A DNA stretch of 64,000 bases from the human T2T-CHM13v2.0 reference genome, Homo sapiens. Positions 42,795-57,265 of this stretch are shown here, one piece after another. Below the pieces are notes generated by a model, which ran no database searches, had not been told where the DNA came from, and saw nothing but the letters and a program-made list of their open reading frames with translations. The DNA lies in NCBI RefSeq assembly GCF_009914755.1, contig NC_060934.1; one strand, given 5' to 3'. Position numbers and translations under genes: made by a program. Numbering within the stretch: the stretch's first letter is position 1; each line of letters opens with the position of its first letter.

Positions 42795-43959
42795 AGAGAA
42801 ATTTGTGTGAAGAAATTGCCTCATATGACCATGAAAGCTAGTAAGTACAGAATCTGCAGGGTAAGTTGGCAGGCTGACCAAGGAAAAACGTATTTTGCAC
42901 CTAGAGTGTCAAGACAGGCTGTAGGCAGATTTCTCTCTCCCTCAGGGGAGCCAGCCTTTTCTTTTTAAGGCTTCAAGTGGTTGGATAAAGCCTATCTAAA
43001 TTAAGGAAGTTAACCTCCTTTACTCAAACTCTGCTGATTTAAACGGTTATCTCATCTCAAAAATAACTTCAAAGCAATATCCAGACTAGCATTTGACCAA
43101 ATAGCTGGATACCATGTCCTAACCTTTATGTATACCTAGTTTATTTAAATATAAAATTAAACATCAAAAGTCCAAACCTTGTAAACTTGTCACACATTTC
43201 TTTAATCCATACTAAATCTTCAAGCAAAGACAATAACAAAGTCATATTTCTTGTTTTCATGATACAAGTACCCAGCATACAACCACAAATGCACTAACTC
43301 TTGCCGAGGAAAAGGATGCAAAGACCTTGAGTGATCTTCACTTATCTCCTTAATATCCTGTAACTAAAATACTACAACACAAAGTTAACATTACTTAAAT
43401 GCTATGATATGAAGTCAATACATGTTATGTTCTATAATAAGGTTATAAGATAAGAAAACAAAGATATTTGAGATATATATATATATATACACACACACAC
43501 GGAAATGTTTTTGTAACAAAATAAGAAATATTCATGACAGTTATAGTCCTATCATTTCTGTAAGTGATTATGGGTCATAGCTAGTATTTATGACTACCTT
43601 CTTCTAATCCATTCTGCATTCTCTTTGCCCGCAGCAAAGTGGGCATTCTTTACTTGGTGGAATAAGCTAAAATTTCATTACTGAAGGGTTTGGGCTGTTA
43701 GTAGTCTTGCTTGAATCAGATTGTTGTAGTTTACTGTTGACATTAATCATAGGGAATGGTGATACTAAGAGATGCCCTAAGTTATCTCCTGTATTTTAGG
43801 CATGCTCTTCCTTATTTCCATTGTGGACTAACAGTCCAATTTCCCCTTGGTAATCGGATAAAACACCACAACCACACAGTAACTCTCTTATTTGCCTGTT
43901 GACTCAGAGGAATGAGGGTTTTGAACTGGCCAGGCAGCAGTCTTGATTTCCAGCTCAAT
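42795..43959 (-). mobile_element. MLT2 LTR (42795-43168) plus adjacent HERV-L internal 3' fragment
   Basis: MLT2 antisense motifs (AATCTGCAGGGTAAGTTGGCAGGCTG, CTTTACTCAAA, TTTGACCAAATA.CTGG, ATAAAATTAAACATCA), followed directly by ERVL internal sequence. Confidence 0.85.
43720..43959 (-). pseudogene. HERV-L dUTPase relic
   Basis: Minus strand reads LSWKSRLLPGQFKTLIPLSQQANKRVTV, then a frameshift, then DYQGEIGLLVHNGNKEEHA*NTGDNLGHLLV; DYxGEI is dUTPase motif III. Confidence 0.85.
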
Positions 43960-46079
43960 TTCCTTACTAGTTATAGGGCTATTCAAATTATCTATTTCAT
44001 ATTGAGTGAATTTTGGTAGTTGGTGTTTTTTTTGGTAGAAATAGGTGTATTTCATCTAAGTTGTCTATTTTATGTGTATAGAGTTGTTTGTAATATTATC
44101 TTATTATCCTTTTGATATCTATAGAGTCTTTAGTGATATTCTTTATTTCATTCATGATATTGATAAATTGTGCCTGTCTCTGTTTTTGTCAGACTGTCTA
44201 AAGGCTTATTTTATTGATTTTTCAAAGAACAGACATGGTTGCCTCTATAGATTTTCCTTTGTTCTCAATTTTATTTATTCTGATCATATATTATTTCCTT
44301 CATTCTGTTGCATAGCATTAATTTTGCACTTCATTTTTTTTAGTTATTAGAAAGGAGCTTGCATTATTAATTTGAGAGGTTTTCCTCTCTTCAAATGTAT
44401 GTATTTAGTGCTTTACATTTCCCTCTAATAACCATTTTATCTGTGTCTCACAAATTTTGATGTGTTTGGAGTAGCTAGTAACTGTGCAGCAAGAGAGGCT
44501 CCTCATTTGCACTCTGCTGGTCTGGGTGGGTGTGACCAGAGTTTTTTTCTTGGTGTTTGACTGCAGAACTGCAAGTAGGGCCTAAAGGTTTTCTGTCATG
44601 CTCAGCTGCACTTTTCCTGGTATTTGGATGGAAATAATAGGTTTTTGGGAGGTTTTCCTTTTTGCTTTTGTCTGAACCTATTTGGTGCTTTCAGGTTATC
44701 ACCTTCTCCAGAACACAATTTAGGATACGTGAGAAAAAAATAAAACCTAAGTATATCACTGCACTGTTAATTATTTGAGTTCCATGGTTCCTAGCCAGTC
44801 TGCCTTCCTGCCATCTTTTCTCCACCTTTCAGGTTTTTATGTTTTACGTATATAAATGTAACTTATATTAACATAACATGTTTTTAAGTTGTACTTAGTG
44901 GGTGAAATAAGGAAAAGTGCATCTACTTCATCTTCCTTATAATCTACTTTTGACTCACTCCAAACTGCTTTTATAAGTCCTTCAGAAAAGAAAAAAAAGC
45001 ATTGTTTTCAAATCCACATACATTAAAATGGTGTACAAGTTCTGAACTAATTGAGAAAGGAATGTAGTTCTTATCTGCACTGAGCTACTCAGTTTGAACT
45101 AATTCCAGTCATTTAATGTATACTGGCTTAAGTTCTCACTTAGGAAAGAGGGCTAACTATAGGTTAGCATCTACAGGCCAGAGTACCAACCTGCTTGGCA
45201 ATATCCAATGATTATCTGTATATGGATGTTGTAAAGTTCTCTTATATCATACTTGATAATTAAAGAAAACTAATATCAATTCTAATATTCAATGTAATAT
45301 ACATACTGATTGAACTATTTCCCTCAAGTAGATAGTATTTTCATAATATTTCAAATACAGATTGTTTTGAAGAATCATAAAACCATAGGGCTTAAGCTCA
45401 TAGTATTCCAGAAGAAGTAACGCTATCTGTGAAAAAAGAAGCCACTGCTTCCATATTCCATCCAGAACAAAAAGGTAACTATTACCTCGGCTTATCTTGC
45501 AAGTGAACATTCTGATCTATCTATCCCTTTGCTCATTCAGTGAATGCAACTTCATAGAAATCATTGTATTAGGTGCTGCTGGTAACAGAACAAGGAGTCA
45601 AAACTTTGGGCTAGATGACTAGCTCATGACCCACCAGTTGAATTGGATCTGCCTGGTTTCATAATTTAATTTCAATTGAAAGCTTTTGGCTCAAGCCAAG
45701 CATATGAATTTGAAAGGGATATCACACAGAAGCAGAGATGAAATGTTTCAATATCACAACAACCAATATATCCTGGGCAGACAGGGACATCTGATGGCTC
45801 AGAGGCAGAGAGGCAGAGTGGCATTGTCCTCATACCAAAGTGAAAGCCTGTAGCCAGCTGAGGCCCCCAGGCACTGTTGTCCCTCATGGCACAGAGCTGC
45901 CTTTGCCATTAAAGAAGAAAGAGAAACAAAGAATGGGAAGTTGAAGGATGACATGTGATTTATTTCTTTCCTCAAGACTTAACATAATGTCTGGGACATT
46001 ACAGGACAAATAGGCACTGCAAAACTATTCAATGGGAATAAACTACTCTGATTTACAATTCTTTCCCTTGCTGTCCAAC

Positions 46080-46230
46080 ACTGGATAAGGCAGTGCTTCA
46101 CTGAGAATGTCAATTTTCCCATTTGTAAAATAGGAATGAAAATAATATTATGTTGTTTCAAGGACAGAATTTGTCAATGTCCATAAATGTACTTTGTGAA
46201 TTTTAAAGTGCTATGAAAATTTAAAGGAAA
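46080..46230 (+). mobile_element. MIR relic
   Basis: TCAATTTTCCCATTTGTAAAATAGGAATG core. Confidence 0.7.
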
Positions 46231-47604
46231 TAAAATTTATCTACCATGCCTACCTTCCTCCTTGTAGACATGAACATGCCCAATGACAAAACATTATTAC
46301 TATTCTATTTAATGAATAATTTAAATTGCAATAATCCCCACACAAAGCATAATAAAGTAATATTTATTTTTTACATTTAAAAACAACTTTAGCCTGAAAC
46401 TGATTTTTTAATTAACATTGAATTTACCAATAAAATGGCAATCATGTATAATTTTAAATGTAAATGGTAGACCCACCCAAGCTATCATTAACATTGTGAA
46501 AATATGGATAATCTATCAATTTCCAAAATCAATCAAGAGTTTACCGTAAGGTAAAACATGAAATCTAATAAAAAGAATCAACCATGAGCCATCAGTATTT
46601 TATTACTATTGAACTTGCCCACCTGAAAGTTGAGATAAAGCTCGTTAACTCAGCAAGATTTTAATTCTAATTTCCTAGAATGAAAACATAAGTTTTATAC
46701 CAACTGAAATGTTTTACACTTGGGCTTTGCGATGAAATGTTTTTCCCCTTACACAGTTCCTATCAATCTTTCACCTCCTGCATTTACCCTGAATCTAAAA
46801 CTAATGAGGGGATCTTTTTGGTAAGGACACAAATCATGAATCATAAATCTCCCTCTTGGAGAGTATAGTGTTAAAAAAATATATTCTGAAAATTGAGACA
46901 ACGGCAGTAAAAACTGTGATAATAGAGCATTCTCAGGACTGCAGAGTTCTGAGTATTCTATAAATTTCAAGTGTCAAGAACCTGGAAGGAGTGTAAAAGA
47001 AGTTACCATTTAATTTAATAGAGGCATAGTAGATTTAATAGAAACTCGAGATTCTCAGAATTAGAACTCTAATAAGAGATGCTTATTGATTGCCACAGGG
47101 GCAGAGTAAAGTGAAATCTTACATTATTCATGTTGAAAATCTTGAAATAGAATGTTCAGACAGATTTCGGTATGAACATGTTTGCATTCATATTCCCATT
47201 CAAAGATGAGTATACAGAAGAAAAGAAATGGCAAAGTTCCAATGGCAAAAAATAACATGGCACAATGAAGGAAAAATACATCTTCTTGAAGACGTGGGAA
47301 AAGTGTAGATCTTTGAATACCTGATAGAGAAACTAAAATATTAAGGCAAAAAAGTTGTGTTCAATATTTTTAGAAATATATACATATATGTATATATACA
47401 TTAAGCTTCCTAAAGGAATAATTGTAATAATGCTATCATTATGTCTTCTCAATAAAATACATCTTAAAATATTTTTCTGCTATGTAATATGTACTTTATA
47501 TATAACTTTTATATTCTTATTGGAAATATCAGATATTTTAAAAATTATATAAGGTATATTTTACATTTCTAATCTCTTGCTTTCTTTTAAAAATTTGTAT
47601 TTTC

Positions 47605-47951
<347 letters not shown>

Positions 47952-49616
47952 TTATACATTTTATCTTTTCTTTTCTGCTTTCTAACTTACTTTCTTCTTC
48001 TCTCTCTCTCTGCCTCTCTATTTTTTTCTTTTTCCTTATTGTTATATCACAAAGAGATTTGCCACACCTCCTACCCATCTTCTGTTAGTCTTCTTGATCC
48101 AACTTGCCCCCCAAACAAAATAATTAAAATATTTTTAAAAATTTATTCTTCCTCAGACACCATAAAAACATACTTCCTAATAATAATTTTAGATGCCTAT
48201 CCTACTAATTATTTTTGATTTTATAAATATTGAAATTATAATTACAGAAAAAATAACATTATGCAATTATTACTAACGAGAGAGAAAAATGTTTATAATT
48301 TGCTCTTTTTGAATAAAAATAATTTTCTTTAAACAAATTAGAAATTTTTATTCAATAATCACATCCCTCTGAGTTAGAGATTAATGAGAGTCATACTAAC
48401 ATGCATTCCTATTAGTGCATTATCATTAAAAATTACTTTAAAAAGTTTATTTTAATGCATCACAATAAATATTATAGAAAACATTTTTCTATTATCAAGT
48501 GAGTTTCACTAAATAAAATGGATAGTTGGGGAGATTATAATGAGACCTAATTAATCTGATTAAATGTGAAAAGGAGTAAGCTATTTAATTCTCTCCATGG
48601 GCCCTTGGTTTTGAGATGTGTGTCTCTATAACAAGCGGTGAATTATTGAGCTCACCACTACCAGACAGGGCACACAAGTGGAGAAAGCAAACTAGAGAAT
48701 GGAAGTTGGCTGTGCTGGAGTAAGCATTAAATTCTGATCTCTTTAGATGATAGCCAGAAACACTTTCCACTCGTATACCTTCTGGATTGGAGACTGGCAA
48801 AGGAATAATGCATCAGCTGGACAGGAAAGATGGTCCACGAAGAGCATGGTGTCTGTTGTTAATCTCATTATTTTGAGTAGGAAAGTGCCTTACCTATAAG
48901 CACATTCTATCTGAAATCATTTTCTAATACAGAGATCAGAGCATTGAACTCTGAAAGCAAAGAAAATAATCGTTTAAAATATAAAACAAACATAAAACTA
49001 GAACTTCAAATATACTTATATCTTAGGTGCCTCATTGTCCCTGTCCTCCCAGCATAGACTTAAAATCACCTGTTCCTACTTACCTTAGTGAAAAGAGGAA
49101 AGAACTATTCCAGAAGACCAAGCTATAATTATAAGTAGTTTTCCTTAAACAGCAATCCTTCATTTAAGAGAATTTTAGCAAAAGAAAACCACATTGCTAA
49201 AGACTTTTGTGGATATTTACATAGAATTATAACACAGTTTCAAAGGTAAGCTATTTTGAACTTGTGGCCATGTTCAATTTGGAGGTCAGTTTGCAAGGAA
49301 AGCAATATATTTACTCCTTTTTAATCTCAGCAACTTGAATGTGAGTCACAAAGCAATACAGATGGGACCATAAACAATAGTCTCATGACAAAAACTGCTT
49401 AGTTTTAAGAAAGAAACTAAAAGAGCCAATATATTTTCATGTTACAGGAATACTACAACTCAGACATATTTCACCTTTCCAACTAAAATCCAGTCATTGT
49501 AATTTAAGCGTTCTCTTACAATGGCTGCTCTTTTAGCTATTTATTTGCAAATTTCAATTTTTAATATATTCAAGTTGTATAATATTCTCTATGTATGACA
49601 ATAAAAACAGTTAAAA

Positions 49617-49920
49617 GGCTGGGTGCTGTAGCTTACACCTGTAATCCCTGCATTTTTGGGCAGCTGAGACAGGAGAATCGCTGGAAGCCAGGAGTTCAAT
49701 ACCAGCCTGGGCAACAAAGCAAGACCCCACCTTTATGAAGAATTTTAAAAATTAGTCAGGGGTGGTGGCATGTGCTTGTATTCTCACCTATTCAAGAGGT
49801 TGAGGTGGGAGGATCACTTGAACCCAGTAGGTCGAGGCTGCAGCGAGCTATGATCATGCCACTGCACTACTCTCATTCTGGACAACAGAACGAGACCTTA
49901 TCTTTTAAAAAAAAAAAAAA
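49617..49920 (+). mobile_element. AluJ SINE
   Basis: Diverged Alu with CCTGGGCAACAAAGCAAG and GTCGAGGCTGCAG..GAGCTATGATC; TSD AGTTAAAA. Confidence 0.94.
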
Positions 49921-50169
49921 GTTAAAAGATACTTTCTTTGACATTGTGCTTTTGCTGAACCTAATGATATTTTTCAGGAGCCAGAGAAAATACTGAACTA
50001 GGATAAGAATATAACATAAATCAATGGGTGATCACAATAGGAAAAAAATAGTTTCTGATTAAACTTTAAGTGGGAAATCTATTGATTAAAAACAGATTAC
50101 TACATTTGTTTCCCAACAAATTCTGTGTGCACCTTCATTATCTTAACTGTAAAGTGTTCTTTAAAAAGA

Positions 50170-50735
50170 GTTACATTCCACCATGTCCCACTTCAGGTTA
50201 AAATCAATCCTTTAATGTCTTCCCTTACTTGAGATGAATCCCAATCCATCACCTTGGCTAGAAGGGTCATGACTGCTCTTCATGTTGCTTGACTTATTTA
50301 GCCTATTTTGATGCTCTTTCTCTATGCCTATTCTACTTCCATTTTTTTCCCTTTCCTATCTCAAGTTTTTGCTCACCTTTCCTCCCATCCTTGAAATGCA
50401 TTTTTTTCACTTTTATATTTTCCTCCATGGCTACATTTATTTTCCTTTTTGGAGCTTACACTAAATATCTTCTAGGAGAACTTAAACCCATATCAAGCAT
50501 GTTCTTCTCATCGTTTAATTCAAAACACTTATTTGTTTTTTTATCACATTAAAAATCTATAATTATTTCCTTTATTTATTTCTTATAAGTCAGCCTTCTC
50601 CTCTAGCATGTGAAAACTCCAAAAGCAGGAAATATTTCTATTTTATTATGCCCCCAGCATGTGTCTGACACATAATGGGTTCTTAATAAATTTTTCGTAA
50701 TTATTCTATTCTTTTATAAATATTGTTGAATCAGC
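50170..50735 (+). mobile_element. L2 3' region relic
   Basis: CTTCTCCTCTAGCATGTG..AAAGCAGGAA..CCCCAGCATGTGTCTGACACATAATGGGTTCTTAATAAAT. Confidence 0.65.
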
Positions 50736-51016
50736 AAACATTATAAAACATAGTGGAAGTAAATGAATTTGATCACTTTGAGAAAATAAAACTGTTATTA
50801 CCTTTTTTTCATTTCTAAAAGAACTTGTTAATTCTAACCTATTTGTTTTCCCAATCCAGGCTAACTTTTTATTTAAGAATTTTGAATCTGAACTGGTAAA
50901 ATTATGCTAAAGAAAATAATGTGCCATATAAACACATACAGCATGTGTTAAAAAGTTGAAAATTAACCAGTGAATTTGATATGGATAGACTATTAGCTTA
51001 CATAATTCTATTTAAA

Positions 51017-51413
51017 AATGATAGACTGGATAAAGAAAATGTGGCACATATACACCATGGAATTCTATGCAGCTGTAAAAAAGAATGAGTTCATCATATC
51101 CTTTTCAGGGACATAGATAAAGCTGGAAGCCATCATCCACAGCAAACTAACACAGGTACAGGAAACCAAATACTGCATGTTCTCAATCCTAAGTGGGAGT
51201 TGAACAATGAGAACACACATGGACACAGGGAAGGGAATATCATACACTGAGGACTGTCAGGTGGTGAGGGGCTAGGGGAGGGATAGCATTAGGAGAAATA
51301 CCTAATGTAGATGACAGGTTGATGGATGCAGAAAATCACCATGGCATGTGTATACCTATGTAACAAAACTGCACATGTATCACAAAACTTAAAGTATAAT
51401 AATTTTAAAAAAA
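51017..51413 (+). mobile_element. Short 5'-truncated L1PA (PA7/8-like) 3' end
   Basis: GATAGACTGGATAAAGAAAATGTGGCACATATACACCATGG...CCTAATGTAGATGAC...AACTTAAAGTATAAT; TSD AAAAATGATAG at 51014-51024 and 51409-51419. Confidence 0.95.
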
Positions 51414-53007
51414 TGATAGTGGTTTGTGATCTGTGCAATTCAAATGAAATATAACATTGCAAAAGTATTATTTTATGGTGTGTTATAAAAGATGACTTCC
51501 AGAGAAGGTGGCTTTAGGAGATCATTAACACACTGTTGAATAAGAATCAGTTCTATCAGATTTCACAATATGTTCCTCAGTAACATAAAATTTGGTAATG
51601 CATGCTAAAGTCTACTTTGCTTTTAAAATTTTCAGATGGGACAGCTTATTTACGCTTTTATCTCATAAGGATCAGAGAGTGTCAGTGAGCTATTCAGTCT
51701 CTATCCATCAGCTTGTTAATATGAGATTCCCCTAAAGCAGGAAGTTATTCAGTCCTGCATTCAAGAGTGCCTCCATAGCGGTGACTGTGGAACCTTGATC
51801 ATCTTGAATACAGTGATTACATCTTAGTTATTTTTCTATCTTCCCGCTGTATCACAGTGCCTGGCATATATTAGTGCCCCATGAAGGTTTACCGAAGGTA
51901 TTTAACCAAATGCATTAGCCATAGTTTATCTAGCATTCTTGAAAAGTTATAAAAAGGATTACAATGGCACCTTAGTAGAATATTCATGAAATAGACCTTT
52001 TGGAAAAATGAGGAGATTGAGTAGATTTTTGAAGATCAGGTAGTAGGTAGGCAGCCTGATCAATTCTAGGTTCACAGAGGAAGGCTCCACAGAAGTGTGT
52101 TCTCTTCTTTGCGGCTAAAGGATGCTGAAGAGCACAAATCAAAATGTAGACTTCAGTCCTAATTACAGGTAACTCACTGTACACTCACAAAATCAGACAA
52201 GTAGACTCCATGTGTGCTAATACTCTTCCAACAGCCAAAAAAGGTTGTTTCTTAAAATTTTGATCTTAGATGCAGAACTCAATTTTCAATATTTATGTAT
52301 TCAGTATGTTAGGTGCCATTTGATGATAAAGCGATGAATCATCCAACTCTAGAACAATTGGAAACAGCTTCTGATTTTTACATGCTGTGAATCAAGGGAG
52401 TAGCACTCTATTAAAAGAGGTTGTAATGTGGAGATTGTGAATTTCATCTGCTGTGAGTCACTGTGATGGTAAACTTTTGTATTAATTGTGTTTTCATGTT
52501 GCTCGAGGGCAAACTGCTGAAAGGAGATTATTGTAAATAAGCCATTAGTATAAAAACCCATTCGTGTCATATCAAGAAAAAAGCCGAAGAAAGCTATTAA
52601 CTTTACTCTGTCAGTTAGCTATGTAACTCATGCATCCTAGAGGTTTTCTGTTGTAAGGTAAAAAATGCTATATGAATGCAATGGTAAAGGGTATCAGTTA
52701 TTAAAAAAACAAAAATATTTTATTTAAAAAGGGTGAAAATATTTTGCATTGCCTAAGAGATTCTAAAAGCTTAAGAAATGTGAGCAGCTGGAGGTCCATC
52801 TGTTAGTATGAACATAATGAGACAATTTCTCATGGAGTAGACAGCAACCCACATTATGCCATGCACTGTATAATAAGTGTAGCTTGCTGTGTGTCTTACT
52901 TAAAAAAAGGCAAAATGTGAGTTTCCCATGATGCTCTCATTGAATATATAAAAGGAATATGAGCATGGATTCTTTATCATAGATGTTGACTGCTCTAAGT
53001 AATAGAG

Positions 53008-53302
<295 letters not shown>

Positions 53303-54394
53303 AGGAATAGAGATATTTAAAGGTCCATATTATGGTATGCTGATGCTGTATTTAGCACAGAACTATAGTCCAACATCTAAGAAATAGAATTCTTAAATTC
53401 ATTATCACTATTTGTGAACTAAAAATAATAGTGAAATACTAGAAATAAGAAAATGTACTTAGGAGTTCCTGTCCCCATAGAACTTCTATTTTAGAAAGAA
53501 GCCATAGTGCTCTAAATATTGCTCCTCTGCTCTCCTACACATAAGACACTACTCATACATATATATTCCAAATGTCTCTTTTGAGGAGAAGATATTGAAA
53601 AAAAACAAAACTGTTTAGAACCTTAAAATATTAAATATCACTAATTATAAATATTATAAAACAAATCCTCTTCAGTACAGTGGTTCCCTTCTTTTCTGCA
53701 GCTCTGATTTGAAGGGCTTGAGAAATGGGGAATTAACAAAAAATACAATTCTTATACATTTTTTAGAATTCCAAAATTTCAGTTAAATTCCTTCTATTTA
53801 AAAGTGCAACTGTGGAGAACTAACCTCGTAACAGAAAATTTTGTGTAAAGGTTACCCTTTGGGATGGCGTTACGGATGTTGAAAGAAATGGTAAAAATGT
53901 AAGCTTCTGAAGTTTGTAATGTTTTAAAGTTGACCCATTGCTTGCTAGTGCATAGGACAATTAATCTTTGAATTATTAGGCAAATAAAAATTTCTATAGT
54001 GGTATTTTACTTAGTTGTAAATAGTTCCGTCTTCACATATTTCTTTAGGTTTTATGCTATGAGTTGATTAATTATATTGCACATTCTATTATAAAATGCT
54101 ATATGCCAGACTTCTATTTACCTGGGAAAGTGGAATAGAATAATGTGCAGTGGCTTATTAAACTGAAGGGACCTGAAAAACATTGCTGGACCAATTATGT
54201 TGAAAAACATGTTACATATATTGTGAGTAAAACAAAATGTGTATACCTATAAAAATATGCTATTTGTGTTCTACTTAGACATAAGTGGCTTTTGATGAGG
54301 GAGGTAGACAGTGTAGGGGATCAGGAAGAGAGAAAAGCAGAATAACTTGTGGGAACTTTTTCACAATACAGGAACATAATCTTCCTTTTAGGGT

Positions 54395-54505
54395 AAAGCA
54401 AATTTAGGCTTATTAAGTTTAAATTATTGAATGCATGATGCACACCCAGTTACTAGCAGATATAGATTTGAACCCAGATATATTCTGTCTTGAAATTCCA
54501 TCTTC
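54395..54505 (-). mobile_element. MIR relic
   Basis: CACACCCAGTTACTAGCAGA..GATTTGAACCCAGA. Confidence 0.55.
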
Positions 54506-54535
54506 TTATCTACTTTGTTCTATGTAGACATCATT

Positions 54536-54607
54536 TATAATATATAATAAATTATAATTATATATACATTATATATGTTTGTGTGTATATATATATATAT
54601 ATATATG
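54536..54607. repeat. (TA)n microsatellite / AT-rich tract
   Basis: TA dinucleotide run at about 54587-54606 with AT-rich flank. Confidence 0.9.
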
Positions 54608-56122
54608 TAATGATAATATCTCAGTGTTCGTCATTACCCTGGGGAACCACTCTTTCTGGACTGTTATATATTATAGCTACCTTTCTCTTTATACATTTTC
54701 TCTAATGTTGACCTAACTCAGAACATATTGGTGGGAAAAAGGACATTTAACTGCTGAAGAAAAACAAAAATAATAATTGTCAAGAAAAGACAGCTGAGAT
54801 AGAGGCAGAGTCCTCCTGAAACCCTGGCTCTCATCATAATGGGAAACAATTCCATGTCATTCATTCTTGGGTTAACAGAGTTTGTAGCTATTTCTTACTA
54901 TCCGACACTGCCTGGGTTTGTCGCCACAATATTCGTCATTATATATATTACAGAGCTCTCTAAACAAAAAAAAAAAATTCCAACTGCCTGTAACTTTTTT
55001 TCCCTTTCACTACAGTATAGTCACTACCAAGAGACAAAAGAATCAGTTATATTTCTTAAAATCCAAAACAAAGGCATCAAATGTAGTAGAATTGTCTTCT
55101 TATTCTTATCTTAAGTAGCTCAGTTACGTTTTTCCACATCTAAGTTTATTGAGTTTCTATAATGTGGCTTTTGAAAATGATTTACAGAGAACACAGAAGA
55201 AAAGCTGTATGTTAAAATATACACTTCTTGATATTTTGTTCAGTGATGACATTCAGAGTGAGATGACTGTAATGTTGGATATTGTTTCACAATGAATTAA
55301 AATAATTGAATACATTATTATTAAGAATCACAGAAACATACTATAAATACCTGGTGATTCATAATGATACGTGTTTGTAATATTTATACATCTGTGTACT
55401 TTGTTCATTTATAAACACAGAAGATATAGTTGGTGTTCTACTTAAAGATCAGAAAGAAATCTATATAGTTTTAGACTTATTCTTCTAGTTAATATATATG
55501 TGAACATACTTATTTGTCATATACTTACTGTACTTTCTTTCTATAATAGTAGATAATAATATTTGACAATACATAATTATATTTGAATTTCAAAAGATCA
55601 CTCAGCCACAGTTAAGAATTGGTATTTTTCTTAGACTATATTATAAAAACTATTCTTTTTTAAGTCTTGCAAAGTTTTTGTAAAATAATTACAAATGCAA
55701 ATGTATAAAATGCAACAACACGGAAAAGGGTGAAATGTATTAAGTATGATTTTAAAATATACTAGAGTTTAATTCAAGTGCTGTAGATGACAAAACCTTA
55801 TTGAAAAATATTTCCAAAGATATAAATTATAGGCAAAGTTACACAGTTTATTAATAGTCTATATTGTGCTAAATCTCTAGTCTCTCAGTCTCTCAAATCA
55901 GTCCTCCCAATCACCTAGCCACAACTGTGTTAAATTATTTCTGTGTCTTGGTCATACTTTTTATTCCACCCTCATCACCATCCCCACATTTACATATCTA
56001 CTCATCAACCTTGCTTTTTTATAATATTGATTTATGCAGGGGAAAAATGTCCATATTTATTCATTCAGTACTTCTCAGGAGTAATGAAGTCTGCAAACTT
56101 TCTATAGAAATACAAATATTTT

Positions 56123-56427
<305 letters not shown>

Positions 56428-57026
56428 ATACAAAATGTTTCTAATCAAAAGCACTCACACAAAAGTCGGATCTAAAAATGTTTTTTTGTAAATGAGTATA
56501 TGTCCCAAAAATTTTTCCATTTTCTGTATATTTGAAATTATTTAAGAAGTTGAGTACCTACACCAATACATATGCTACTGTAAATAAATAATATTGTCAC
56601 TGGTCATTAATGCCATTACAGCATTTTTTCTCAAACTCAGTGATTACCTGTCAGGGAAACTTACAGCTTGACAAGACATGAACCACAAAGAGATTCACAA
56701 CCTAGATTAATAAATTATTTTAAATGTAGAATTACATAGACATGATTTTCAGAACATTGCAAATGATATAAATCTTAACATTCATAAATAAAACTTCTAG
56801 AATTGCCAGATGTTTATATCAGTTCTTAATATTTTGTGAAAAAGTATATTGAATTTTAATATCAGTTGCAGGATATTAATAATATTTATAAAATTATCAT
56901 TTCCTATTAATTCTTTTAAAGAATCTATCATTACAAAGTTTCTACAACTTTTCCTGAGCCCATTTGTAGCTTCAGCTTGTATTTGTTTTGGAATACATTA
57001 ATGAAGACAGATTTTATAAAGAAAGG

Positions 57027-57265
57027 AAGCATGTTTTGGAGTCAGATACAGAGGCTGTTAATTCATTTTTCTAAATTTTGTCACTCTTTTCGAACAGATA
57101 ACTTCTAAGTATCAGTTTCCTTTTCTGTAATACAGGCACATTAATATGTTATTCATAATGTTATTTTGAAATTGAAAATGAGAAAATAAAAGTGTTAAAT
57201 TTCTTAACACAGTGCCTACAACATAAATTCAATAAATAGTGGCTAATATTGTTCTGATTATTATT
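57027..57265 (+). mobile_element. MIR SINE, near full length (second MIR piece at about 57530-57685)
   Basis: TTTGGAGTCAGA...TCAGTTTCCTTTTCTGTAA...CTTAACACAGTGCCT..CAATAAAT. Confidence 0.8.

Larger units (their letters stand above)
41143..44936 (-). mobile_element. Old L1 (L1MC/MD-like), internally deleted and interrupted by an ERVL fragment
   Basis: Antisense 3' end (CCCTTTACCCAGTTT, ATATTGACATTGAT), ORF2 C-terminal relic (IKEMQVKTIRRHRFTPIRM), further ORF2 at 43960-44465, and L1M 5'-end-like sequence ending GGAAAAGTGCATCTACTTCATCTTCC. Confidence 0.8.

Noticed and set aside
45620-45910. GC-richer unique patches as possible cellular exons (also 40680-40890 and 48580-48860)
   Set aside because: No convincing pair of splice sites with an open frame or recognisable protein; cannot be supported without alignment or RNA data.
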